Positions 38,157-46,811 of a DNA stretch of 64,000 bases are shown piece after piece (the first letter of the stretch is position 1; each line of letters opens with the position of its first letter). Below the pieces are notes generated by a model. The model did no database searches. It saw nothing but the letters and a program-made list of their open reading frames with translations, and was not told the DNA's origin. A program made the position numbers and the translations under genes. Origin of the DNA: a virus; IMG/VR virus record IMGVR_UViG_3300020112_000969, positions 7,438-71,437 of that record; one strand, given 5' to 3'.

Positions 38157-39689
38157 GTGTTCATTGTGTTTAAGCAAGCCGTCCATTCGACTGCGCTTAC
38201 GAGTAATGTTGCAAATGATTTCTTCCGTAACATTACAGGAGAATACTTCTCCGGAGATGTGTCATTCGTCTCCTCTATGCGCGCTCTTCTTCATTCCCGC
38301 ATGAAAGATGATGACAACATTCATCTTTCCTTCCATCGTTCCTATTGCGACCACGATCTCACAGAAGATGAAAAGAAAAACATCGTAAAGGTCGTCACAA
38401 AGGACTGGTTTGTTCCGGATAATGGAAACCAGTTCTGCATTTGTTCTGTTCGTTGCACGGACGGAGAGGGATCTTCTGTGTTCGACGGAATTGACGGTTC
38501 GTTTGTATCATCGTTCCACGACTATGAGCGCATCGAAAACATCACGAGCGCATATCGCAAACTCTTCCATGTGTCATGCTTTGTAAACAAGAAGATCAGA
38601 ACGACGGTGCTTTTTGTCGAGAATCTTTCTCTTCGCCGTTATCACTATCTGCAGGCAAGCATTCTTGCAGCAGTACCATGGTACTACGACAACAAGGTCT
38701 GCCCTCCGAACGATCTTGAGCTTGAATTGATCAAGTCCACCAGCGATACGGAGTCCGAGCAGAAGTATGTGTCCTGCATTGAAAAGATTGCAGAGAAATT
38801 CGACTTCAGATCCGGAAGAATCCGCAGTATGCTCAAGGGATTTGAAAATAAGTTTTATTATGAGGAGAAGAAGCGTGTCGCCGATCAGATTTCGAGCAAC
38901 AACAGCTCTATTATCTCCTACAATAACGAGATCGGAAGTCTCCTTAAAAAGGTCGCTGAACTTGAAGTAAAGATGATTGGTCTTGAGGCAAAGACAAATG
39001 ACACAGATGGAGACTCTGAAATCATGGAGTATTTCCTTGCCAACAAGCGTCTCATTCTGGAAACCGTAAGCGAAAACAATCTCGACTTCGCTGTCAAAGA
39101 TTATATCACATACTTTGATGAGGACATGGCAAAGCGTGTGATCAAGAACAGGAGCAGCTATGTGTATTTGCCGCACGGCAGAGACAGAAGCGGCGTTATC
39201 TCCGTCGATGATATAAAGCTCCTTATGACGGCGATCTTTGTCGATCAGAAGCTTCGTATTCGAACCTGCGCGGCATACCGTCTCAAGATGAACGGCAATG
39301 TAAGCCCGTTCACAGGACATTCTTTTGACTCTTCCTGCAACAGTTATATGCCGAACCCGCATATTGACCGCTTCCAGTGTATGGGCAATTATACACGCAC
39401 TGTCAATGAGCTGTTGATAAAGCATGACTATGTAGGCGCTATTGAACAGTGTATTGCAAGTGCAAAGAGCCTCAACTTCGGCGACAGCGCCGTTATGACA
39501 GAGTTTATGGAAACTGTATACGGTGTCAGCAGCCGCGGCTATACAAACAACTGTATCGAGCTTCCTGATGGAAGCGTCACAGATCCTTCCGGAGCAATCC
39601 AGTGGCTCAAGGAAAACAGCAAGGAAAAGGAGAAGCCCGATGAAAAGAGCAAAAAGACAAAAGAGAAAGGAAGCGCAGCAGATGTCTAA
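38157..39689 (+). CDS. large Cys-containing protein between Ubl and JAB (E2-like role unproven)
   Basis: GTG start after AAAAGGGG; 510 aa. C-terminal MPNPHIDRFQCMGNY is only loosely UBC-like (no HPN-x8-C). Confidence 0.4.
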   Translation: MFIVFKQAVHSTALTSNVANDFFRNITGEYFSGDVSFVSSMRALLHSRMKDDDNIHLSFHRSYCDHDLTEDEKKNIVKVVTKDWFVPDNGNQFCICSVRCTDGEGSSVFDGIDGSFVSSFHDYERIENITSAYRKLFHVSCFVNKKIRTTVLFVENLSLRRYHYLQASILAAVPWYYDNKVCPPNDLELELIKSTSDTESEQKYVSCIEKIAEKFDFRSGRIRSMLKGFENKFYYEEKKRVADQISSNNSSIISYNNEIGSLLKKVAELEVKMIGLEAKTNDTDGDSEIMEYFLANKRLILETVSENNLDFAVKDYITYFDEDMAKRVIKNRSSYVYLPHGRDRSGVISVDDIKLLMTAIFVDQKLRIRTCAAYRLKMNGNVSPFTGHSFDSSCNSYMPNPHIDRFQCMGNYTRTVNELLIKHDYVGAIEQCIASAKSLNFGDSAVMTEFMETVYGVSSRGYTNNCIELPDGSVTDPSGAIQWLKENSKEKEKPDEKSKKTKEKGSAADV

Positions 39690-40515
39690 GTATATGAGAT
39701 TTACACCGGAGATCTTAAAGAAGCTCCGCGAGGACTTTGAGCAGTCTCTGAAGCTATCAAGCATTTCTGACGGGAAATTCAATTTCACAAAGACCTTTGA
39801 CGCGCCGACAGAAAAGGCGCGTCTTTACTTTACCGCAACGGCATGGACAAAGACGCTGATCCTCGTCAAGAACTTCGATAAGGAAGTTGCATGGCACGGT
39901 CTTTGCGAGCGTGTTGAGGGTGAGGAAAATGCATTCCGCGTCTACGATATTATCGTCTACCCGCAGGAAGTAACCGGCGCTACTGTCAACACAGATCAGG
40001 TCGCATATCAGACGTGGCTCATGGGGCTGGAAGACGAAGTGTTTTCCAACGTCCGCTTCCAAGGTCATTCCCATGTCAACATGGGCGTCTCCCCTTCCGT
40101 AACGGATATCAACAATCAGGGGAAAATCATCGAGCAGCTTGAGGGTGATATGTTCTATGTGTTCATGATCATCAACAAGTCTCTTACACACTATGTCTCG
40201 ATCTATGACTCGGCAAAGAACATCGTCTATGAAAACGGAGATGTATCCGTCATGCTCGACGGAGCAGGAGTTGACCTCGATGAGTTCATGAAGAACTCCA
40301 AGAGTGTTGTCAAGGAAAAGACCTATACAACTCCTTATTATCAGACGCCGTACGACCGCTCCACTCCGTACGACAATCGAAAGATCGAGGAGTTTGACAA
40401 GAGCTGGAAGCAGCCAGGGAAAAAGAAGAAAAAGGTCATAAACGCAGACGAAACATCTGGTTCCGACGCGTACGATGACGATGACAATCCGTATAGCGCG
40501 TTCGGATACGCGTAA
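39640..40515 (+). CDS. JAB/MPN (JAMM) metalloprotease
   Basis: Exact JAMM motif HSHVNMGVSPSVTD (HxHx7Sx2D) with upstream Glu. Start ATG 39640 after AAGGAGAAG; overlaps the upstream ORF by about 50 nt. Confidence 0.65.
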   Translation: MKRAKRQKRKEAQQMSKYMRFTPEILKKLREDFEQSLKLSSISDGKFNFTKTFDAPTEKARLYFTATAWTKTLILVKNFDKEVAWHGLCERVEGEENAFRVYDIIVYPQEVTGATVNTDQVAYQTWLMGLEDEVFSNVRFQGHSHVNMGVSPSVTDINNQGKIIEQLEGDMFYVFMIINKSLTHYVSIYDSAKNIVYENGDVSVMLDGAGVDLDEFMKNSKSVVKEKTYTTPYYQTPYDRSTPYDNRKIEEFDKSWKQPGKKKKKVINADETSGSDAYDDDDNPYSAFGYA

Positions 40516-40536
40516 TGATAACAGGGGTGATATGAA

Positions 40537-41214
40537 ATGAGCATGGATTTGTCAAAAAGCTATGAATACTTCCAGCCCGAAAAGCTGGATGGACGCGTAC
40601 ATATCATCGGCTGCGGAAGTGTCGGCAGCACGCTCGCAGAAAATCTCGCACGCTGCGGTGTCACAAAGATGACACTTTGGGACTTCGATGTGGTCGAGCC
40701 TCATAACATCGTTAACCAGATGTTCCGGCAGCAGGACTTCGGTCATAAAAAGGTCGAGGCACTTCGTGATATCCTCATGGAAATTGATCCTGACATCACG
40801 AACGATCTTGAGGTGAAAGAGGATGGATGGCGAGGAGAAATACTCTCTGGCTATATCTTCCTGTGTATTGATAACATTGAGCTTCGACGCAAGTTTGTGG
40901 AAAATCACTTTGAGTCTCCGTATGTAAAGGCAGTGTTCGACTTTAGAACCGGTCTTGAAGATGCGCAGCACTATGCAGCAGACTGGAGCAACCACAAGAT
41001 GAAAGAGGATCTGCTTGCTTCCATGCAGTTTTCTCATGACGAAGCAAAAGAAGAAACGCCTGTTTCCGTCTGTGGAATTACGCTTGGTGTGTGTCCTACT
41101 GTGCGAGTGATCTGCGCATACGGCGTGTCGAATTTCATCAATTTTGTGCGTGGGAAGGAGCTTAAAAAGCTGCTCCTTGCGAACGCGTTCACATTTGATA
41201 CGATTGCGTTTTGA
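40537..41214 (+). CDS. E1-like activating enzyme (ThiF/MoeB/HesA family)
   Basis: HIIGCGSVGSTLAENLARCGVTKMTLWDFDVVEPHNIVNQ: Rossmann GxGxxG plus the D.D.VE.SNLNRQ-type motif. Confidence 0.7.
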   Translation: MSMDLSKSYEYFQPEKLDGRVHIIGCGSVGSTLAENLARCGVTKMTLWDFDVVEPHNIVNQMFRQQDFGHKKVEALRDILMEIDPDITNDLEVKEDGWRGEILSGYIFLCIDNIELRRKFVENHFESPYVKAVFDFRTGLEDAQHYAADWSNHKMKEDLLASMQFSHDEAKEETPVSVCGITLGVCPTVRVICAYGVSNFINFVRGKELKKLLLANAFTFDTIAF

Positions 41215-41247
41215 ACTTAATCTAAAAAGAAAGGACGGTGAAAAAAC

Positions 41248-42075
41248 TTGGAGTGTACGATTGATCGCCTGAGCATCGGCACAAGGATTTATTTCGGCAA
41301 GTACTCGCCGAACGAAGGAGTTGTCCCACCTGCAGCAATCAGGTGGATTAAGGTATCTGCTGAGAACGATATGTTATCGGAGTGCGTTCTCGGTAAGTTC
41401 CCGTTTGATGCGTCCGAAAGCGACGACAGAAGAGCTTCTGTATACAATCTCGGAAATAGAAATTATGCGGAGTCAAACATTTTTTCCTTCCTCAACTCAA
41501 AGGAAGATGAGTGGTTCCAGCCTATGAATGCAAACGATCGCCCGCCGATTGACAGAAACATTGCATGCGCTCGTTATTACTGGAGAGGTGCAAGCCGTGT
41601 GGACGAATTTGCAAAGCACGCAGGGTTCCTAAAGAATTTTCATGACTACGAAATCAACAGCGTCATTTCTGACATCAATTTACCGTCTAAAGATGAGATC
41701 ATGAGCTGGCCGTACTTTAAGAGAAACGGCAAGAGGCCGCATCCGACCGCCGAATATATTCGTCTTTATTCGGAAGATGAGTTGAACAGTGATTGTTTCT
41801 GCGATTTCTGGCTTAGAACCACTGACATGATCCATAAGGAAGAGGCAATGCTGTTTGCGAGAAACGGTCAGTTTTCACATGAGTATCCATATCATGCCCG
41901 TGGAATTCGCCCTACATGCCGCCTGTCTGCGTCTACTGTTGTGGAAAGCACAGACGACGGTGTCTTTGTAATCAAAAAATCGAACGGAACAAGAAGTGAC
42001 CGTCGAGATAAAGAAGAAGCAGCAGCGAACATATGCGACCTGTTCTCTGCGCTCGGTTTAGGCAGCTCCGATTAA
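41248..42075 (+). CDS. hypothetical protein (possibly lectin/FGE-like; function unknown)
   Basis: ORF track; 275 aa. Its stop immediately abuts the first copy of the conserved repeat module. Confidence 0.4.
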   Translation: MECTIDRLSIGTRIYFGKYSPNEGVVPPAAIRWIKVSAENDMLSECVLGKFPFDASESDDRRASVYNLGNRNYAESNIFSFLNSKEDEWFQPMNANDRPPIDRNIACARYYWRGASRVDEFAKHAGFLKNFHDYEINSVISDINLPSKDEIMSWPYFKRNGKRPHPTAEYIRLYSEDELNSDCFCDFWLRTTDMIHKEEAMLFARNGQFSHEYPYHARGIRPTCRLSASTVVESTDDGVFVIKKSNGTRSDRRDKEEAAANICDLFSALGLGSSD

Positions 42076-42439
42076 AAGCTGCTACGTAACGATATTTCTT
42101 TTGCATTTTTGTAAAAGAGCTTCCGCGTTCCGCGAAAGTATCCATTTGTCCCGAGGAAGAAGATGAGAGGCAGCTCAGAATGCGCATCCCAAGTCGACTC
42201 CGTCCAATCACTGGATGAATTCCAGGGATCCGCCTTCGAGCCGGCACGCGTCCCGGTCAACTGCCACACAACACCTACGCCTGCTGCGCAATGCGCCACC
42301 AAGGCCGAACTCGCGAACAACACCTCCCAACAGCTATACTATATAGCTAATGCTGCAGGTGCCCATCTCCCTCCTCCAGGCCGTTAACTCTATTTAGGTT
42401 ACGGAAATCTTTCAATCAATCAAGAAAGGAGAACCAACG
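42076..42439 (+). ncRNA. candidate retron non-coding RNA (msr/msd-like) element 1
   Basis: Non-coding; begins with the 74-bp conserved module; bounded by inverted repeats CGTAAC (about 42085) and GTTACG (about 42398); internal hairpins such as AGCTATA-cta-TATAGCT. Lies directly upstream of the retron-type RT. Confidence 0.3.
42089..42162 (+). repeat. conserved 74-bp module, copy 1 (100 percent identical to copy 3)
   Basis: gatatttcttttgcatttttgtaaaagagcttccgcgttccgcgaaagtatccatttgtcccgaggaagaag; contains the tandem TTCCGCG TTCCGCG. Confidence 0.7.
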
Positions 42440-43579
42440 ATGGTATATGTAACGCTTCGGCAATCCCCTCAGTACCGCCAGATATCAATGGAAGAGCTTC
42501 TGTTTGGGGATAATACCAGTACATTTATCAATGGCAACGAAACCAATACGAGAACCTATGTTGTTGAGCGCCCAAGCGAACGGCTTATGCGCAGCATTGA
42601 TACCGCAGCGCTCACACGCTGCCTAATGGAATTTAATCAGAGGACAGCACCTCTTCGCGAGAAAAAGCGTTCTGAACTTTATTATACATTCTATATCCCG
42701 AAGCATTCCGGCGGTCTTCGGCGTATCGATGCGCCAAATGAAGAGCTTATGACTGCTCTTCGCGAGCTGAAGATGATTTTTGAGACGAAGTTTCATGCGC
42801 TTTGCCATACCAACGCATTTGCTTATATCAAAAACCGCAGCACGATCGACGCTGTCAAAAAGCATCAGAAAAACGAGAGCCGTTGGTTTGCGAAGTATGA
42901 CCTTCACAACTTTTTCGGTTCAACTACGCTGAAGTATGTTTCAAAAATGTTTTCCATGGTGTTCCCGTTTTCTGAACTAATGAAATATCCTGCAGGAAAG
43001 GCAGAGCTGGAAACGGCTCTGTCTCTTTGTTTTCTAAACGGACATCTTCCGCAGGGAACACCAATCTCCCCTCTCATTACAAATATTATGATGATCCCGT
43101 TTGACCATGCGCTTAGCAAGAAGCTTCACGAGGAAGGAGAACAGAATTTTGTCGTTACCAGATATGCAGACGACTTTATCATCTCTTCGCGCTACAGCTT
43201 CCGGTTCCGCGGCGTTGAGCAAACGATCAAGGATACGCTGAAGTCATTCGGCGCTCCGTTTAACATCAATTCAGAAAAGACGCGTTACGGTTCCGTTACT
43301 GGAAGCAACTGGAACCTTGGCGTCATGCTCAATAAGGATAACGAAATTACGATCGGATGCGAAAAGCACAGGCAGTATCGCTCTATGCTTTTCCACTATG
43401 CAGAAGATAAAAAGAAAGGAATTTCGTGGCCGATTGAGGACGTCATGATGATGAGGGGAATTTTATCCTATTGGCGCATGGTCGAGGGTGACCAACCAGT
43501 TAACGAGTGCGCCGCATCTATCAGTAGGAAAACAGGGGTTAATGTCTTGCGAGCAATCAAAGACGACCTCCGTTCCTAA
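42440..43579 (+). CDS. reverse transcriptase, retron-type
   Basis: RT motifs YYTFYIPKHSGGLRRIDAP (domain 1), RSTIDAVKKH (retron-like), DLHNFFGST, LPQGTPISPLITN, RYADDFIIS (YADD), then VTG after motif C. 379 aa with no maturase or endonuclease domain. Confidence 0.7.
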   Translation: MVYVTLRQSPQYRQISMEELLFGDNTSTFINGNETNTRTYVVERPSERLMRSIDTAALTRCLMEFNQRTAPLREKKRSELYYTFYIPKHSGGLRRIDAPNEELMTALRELKMIFETKFHALCHTNAFAYIKNRSTIDAVKKHQKNESRWFAKYDLHNFFGSTTLKYVSKMFSMVFPFSELMKYPAGKAELETALSLCFLNGHLPQGTPISPLITNIMMIPFDHALSKKLHEEGEQNFVVTRYADDFIISSRYSFRFRGVEQTIKDTLKSFGAPFNINSEKTRYGSVTGSNWNLGVMLNKDNEITIGCEKHRQYRSMLFHYAEDKKKGISWPIEDVMMMRGILSYWRMVEGDQPVNECAASISRKTGVNVLRAIKDDLRS

Positions 43580-43585
43580 TATAAT

Positions 43586-43882
43586 AAGCCTGTAATGATA
43601 TTTCTGATTTATCAGAGCTTCCGCGTTCCGCGAAAGTAACCATTTGCTCCGAGAAAGATGTACAGAAGGAACGCCAGCGGGCCCGTATCCGCGCTGCCAC
43701 TCAGTGTAGGAATTCTCGCATCGCCTGATCATAGGCGCCAACGACAGAACCGAGCGCTTGCAGCGCAACGGAATCCGCGCGCGAAAGTACATGTCATCCG
43801 GAGAAAGCTGAGCAGTCGATTGCTGGAGCTTAGTTTCCACACGACGACTAACCGTCAGCAGCTCAGAGCACATCCTATTCAA
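43586..43882 (+). ncRNA. candidate non-coding element 2 (diverged module), bounded by 11-bp perfect inverted repeat AAGCCTGTAAT / ATTACAGGCTT
   Basis: Starts right after the RT stop. Diverged conserved module at 43597..43668, then a GC-rich variable part with an internal partial copy (CGCGAAAGTA). No ORF. Confidence 0.25.
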
Positions 43883-43887
43883 TTACA

Positions 43888-44236
43888 GGCTTATCTCTTT
43901 CCAGCGATATTTCTTTTGCATTTTTGTAAAAGAGCTTCCGCGTTCCGCGAAAGTATCCATTTGTCCCGAGGAAGAAGGGATGGAAGAGAACCAGAAGACA
44001 CTCTTCCAGCGAGCTTTAACCTACACGAGAAGCTCGTGAACCTTGGCCGTCCAAAATAACCGATTGGTCAACTGTCATACACATTGTGTCTCAACGCTTC
44101 AGACAGGTTATCCCTTCAGGGTCTCGGTGCACTGCATCTCTTAACCCTGCAGCTTACCTAACCCTCCAGATTTAATCGCTCTAAACTTGAGACTATCCTC
44201 AGGAACTTCAGAGTACCCATTCTCTTTGGCTGGAAA
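43888..44236 (+). ncRNA. candidate non-coding element 3 (module copy 3 at 43896..43969), bounded by inverted repeat TTTCCAGC / GCTGGAAA
   Basis: 74-bp module identical to copy 1, followed by a different about 260-bp variable part. No ORF. Confidence 0.25.
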
Positions 44237-44290
44237 ATCATCGCATAAAAGTCACGTTTTATGCAAAAACATTTGAAAGTGAGGACTATC

Positions 44291-44818
44291 ATGACAAGAG
44301 AAGAATTTGTAAACATGCGCCTTGACGACGTAGGAGTTTTTATCGACTTCCTTCGCGGAAACGGCTACTACGATCTCGTAGACGACATCGTTCTTTTAGA
44401 CGATCTCAACAGCGAGATCAACGACGACCTCGACTTCGTCGTTCATTGTGAAGGATGGAGTTGGCAGGAAGTTCAAGACCATCTGCAGGACATCGATACC
44501 TATGGAGACGCGTTTGTCCACGAAAGCGATCTTGTATTCAATCCGATGGATGAGGACGAATTCGAAGAGCTTCTTCGCGATGCTCTTGATCAGCTTGACG
44601 CAGACCGTTTCGAGTGGGATGAGACAGAGGAAATTGAAGATCCGGAATTTGATTTGATGAAGGAATTCAGCATTGAAAACACTCCGTCTGCTTCTGATGA
44701 AGATAAGGAAGCTGTCAGAGAAATGCAGAAGCCAAGCGCCATCATGCCCGTTTACATCGCTCTTAATATCAGCATCGGATCCGGAAAGAACTCTGAAACC
44801 GCCCACCAGACGATCTAA
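44291..44818 (+). CDS. hypothetical highly acidic protein
   Basis: RBS GTGAGGA then ATG; in frame with track ORF 44261..44818. Confidence 0.4.
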   Translation: MTREEFVNMRLDDVGVFIDFLRGNGYYDLVDDIVLLDDLNSEINDDLDFVVHCEGWSWQEVQDHLQDIDTYGDAFVHESDLVFNPMDEDEFEELLRDALDQLDADRFEWDETEEIEDPEFDLMKEFSIENTPSASDEDKEAVREMQKPSAIMPVYIALNISIGSGKNSETAHQTI

Positions 44819-44903
44819 TCCAGTACACTATCGGCGCAAGCCGACAATTATATTTTAACCCCGTATGAAAATTATCTGCATTTACATAGTATCCCATGCA
44901 GAT

Positions 44904-44934
44904 GCTCCTGCGTTACGCGAGAGTAACCATTTGA
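44904..44934 (+). repeat. degenerate fourth copy of the conserved module core
   Basis: gctcctgcgttacgcgagagtaaccatttgag compared with gcttccgcgttccgcgaaagtaaccatttgct. Confidence 0.4.
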
Positions 44935-44964
44935 GTTTTGCATTTCCTCGCTGTGATCACACGA

Positions 44965-44998
44965 GGGTAAATTTTTGCGAACCCGCAAAAATTTACCC
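44965..44998 (+). promoter_or_regulatory. perfect 15-bp stem hairpin GGGTAAATTTTTGCG-aacc-CGCAAAAATTTACCC in the leader of 45115 gene
   Basis: Seen in sequence; no downstream T run, so more likely regulatory or a protein-binding palindrome than a terminator. Confidence 0.4.
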
Positions 44999-45114
44999 AC
45001 AAGTGATCCCTACGCTCAGAAACGGCATTACAAGCACACGAAAAAGAGCGCACAGTCAGATCTGTGCCCTTTTGTCGTGCAGATACGGGAGACTATCAGA
45101 AAGGAGAAGTATCA

Positions 45115-45401
45115 TGCAAAGAGAGGAACTAAAGCCAGGCGCAACTGTGAAGATCGTCGATAGGTGGGATGGCTTCGTTGGTCAGAATTTGTCAGGTGAT
45201 ATGGACTGCTGGCTTGGGAAAATTATGACAATACTTTCAGGAGATATCATTAACAACCGTTTTTCAATGATTGAGGACGGCGGGCGATGGGTTTGGAATT
45301 CCAGAATGTTTGACCTCGACTTTGATGAATGCTCTGCTGACAACGACCCAATCACGGTAGCGCAGGACGATCTTACCTCCGTCATTGGAATTCTGACATG
45401 A
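45115..45401 (+). CDS. small protein, member E of the C-terminal-tail family (..DDLTSVIGILT)
   Basis: RBS AAAGGAGAAG; in frame with track ORF 44865..45401; N-terminal VKIVDRWDGFVGQN. Confidence 0.5.
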
Positions 45402-45407
45402 TCATAA

Positions 45408-45617
45408 TTGTATATGGTTGATTTCTACAGAACTGTTTTTAACGAACATGAACATTATCTCGGATCGTCTCTGAGGTATAGCTCAACATATGGAGAATGG
45501 CAGTGGTTGTCCGAAAACATGTCTATTGATGACACAGAATCACAGAAAGAAAACCTTCTTGAAGATGATTTATCATCATCTGTTAATATGATTACTTCTA
45601 TTTTGGAGGGAGAATAA
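45408..45617 (+). CDS. hypothetical small protein with related C-terminus (..SVNMITSILEGE)
   Basis: ORF track; 69 aa. Confidence 0.35.
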   Translation: MYMVDFYRTVFNEHEHYLGSSLRYSSTYGEWQWLSENMSIDDTESQKENLLEDDLSSSVNMITSILEGE

Positions 45618-45618
45618 A

Positions 45619-45925
45619 ATGGCCGTTGATATTGCATCGTTATCCAAAGGCGACGTCATAAAAATTGTCGATCGCTGGGATGGATTTATCGGACAAAACA
45701 GTCAGGGATATATGGACAAGTATCTCGGCAAAACACTCACGGTAGATGAAGTTCTTCCTATTGGTTTCCCCCGACAGAGACTATGTGCGCGTATATGAAG
45801 ATCACGGGAAATGGGCTTGGTACGGCACAATGATAGAACGCGTCATATATGAAGATGACGCAGGAGATGTTGATCCGCGTGCCGTTGATGCATCCATGAA
45901 AGATGTCGAGGCTTTATTTATTTAG
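45619..45925 (+). pseudogene. frameshifted paralog of 45115..45401 (shift at a C5 homopolymer about 45768..45772)
   Basis: Frame 1 (MAVDIASLSKGDVIKIVDRWDGFIGQN...) stops at about 45798. The +1 frame after the poly-C run restores homology (RDYVRVYEDHGKWAWYGTMIE vs NRFSMIEDGGRWVWNSRMFD) and runs to about 45925. Confidence 0.45.
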
Positions 45926-46082
45926 ATAACAGCGATGCTGTTTTCTATAGGCGCTCCCCTTTTCAAGCGCCGGATGGGCATGGTAAACCTCTAAAGACTA
46001 CGCGAGAAATCGCGTGAGACTATGAAAATCGGTCTTGGCGGCACGGAAGAGACGGCACAAATTTAATATGTAGGAGGGTATA

Positions 46083-46799
46083 ATGTCGATTGCAGGAGAA
46101 TTCTATCGGGATGTCTCGGACAAAAAGAGAACATCCTATGGCGCATTTCATAAAAAGGGCGGTTCAAAAAGCAGAGCGTGTTCACTTCCTTCGGATACGC
46201 TGACCGCAAGACAACTGAAAGAGAGGAATGGAAAAATGTATACATACAATCTTGATGCCCCTATGAGCTGGGACAACTTCAAAAATCTGCCGGATGATGC
46301 ACAGCGCAACTATATTCATGAGATTTGCAAAAAGTACAATGCCAATATTGCTGCCTTTGCAGAGATGTTCGGCGCAAAAGAAAACGCCGTGTTTGCGTAC
46401 TTTAAGAGCCACAACCTGAAGGATATTCTTTCTCGCGGAGCACACGGAAAGTACAACCGCATGAACGCTGAGCAGCGCAAGGCTTGGTTGGAGTTTTATC
46501 ATCCGTCTGCCGAGCCTGCTATTGCTGCCGACGCTGTTTGTGAAGATGACGAGGTGCCAGTTCAGGAACCTGTGTGCGTGGAAATCGCTGAGGAAAATGT
46601 GCCTGTTCGCAACGAAGCGGCGAATGTGCGTTTTGAAGAACCGCAAAAGAAGTCTGCCGTCCGCGCCATGATGTCTCGTTTTGATATCGAGCTTCGCGGC
46701 ATGATTGACAGTGCGATGGTTGCCAACACGCTCCGCTCCATTCTCGGCGAAGGAACTGACGGAATTCTTTCTCTGAGCTTCCACCCCGCCGAAGCGTAA
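46083..46799 (+). CDS. hypothetical protein
   Basis: ORF track; 238 aa; RBS GGAGGG. Confidence 0.4.
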   Translation: MSIAGEFYRDVSDKKRTSYGAFHKKGGSKSRACSLPSDTLTARQLKERNGKMYTYNLDAPMSWDNFKNLPDDAQRNYIHEICKKYNANIAAFAEMFGAKENAVFAYFKSHNLKDILSRGAHGKYNRMNAEQRKAWLEFYHPSAEPAIAADAVCEDDEVPVQEPVCVEIAEENVPVRNEAANVRFEEPQKKSAVRAMMSRFDIELRGMIDSAMVANTLRSILGEGTDGILSLSFHPAEA

Positions 46800-46811
46800 G
46801 CGGGGTGGCTC

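Noticed and set aside
42440-43579. Diversity-generating retroelement or group II intron as the identity of the reverse transcriptase
   Set aside because: RT domain 4 has the ordinary QGxxxSP form rather than the DGR-typical variant. No template/variable repeat pair with adenine-specific differences is visible. There is no GUGCG...AY intron boundary, no domain V-like hairpin and no maturase/X domain.
42076-44950. Integron-like attC sites or cassette array as an explanation of the repeated modules following ORF stops
   Set aside because: The modules are followed by 200-300 bp of further non-coding sequence before the next ORF. There is no integron integrase, no R''/R' core pairs of attC type and no RBS-proximal cassette structure.
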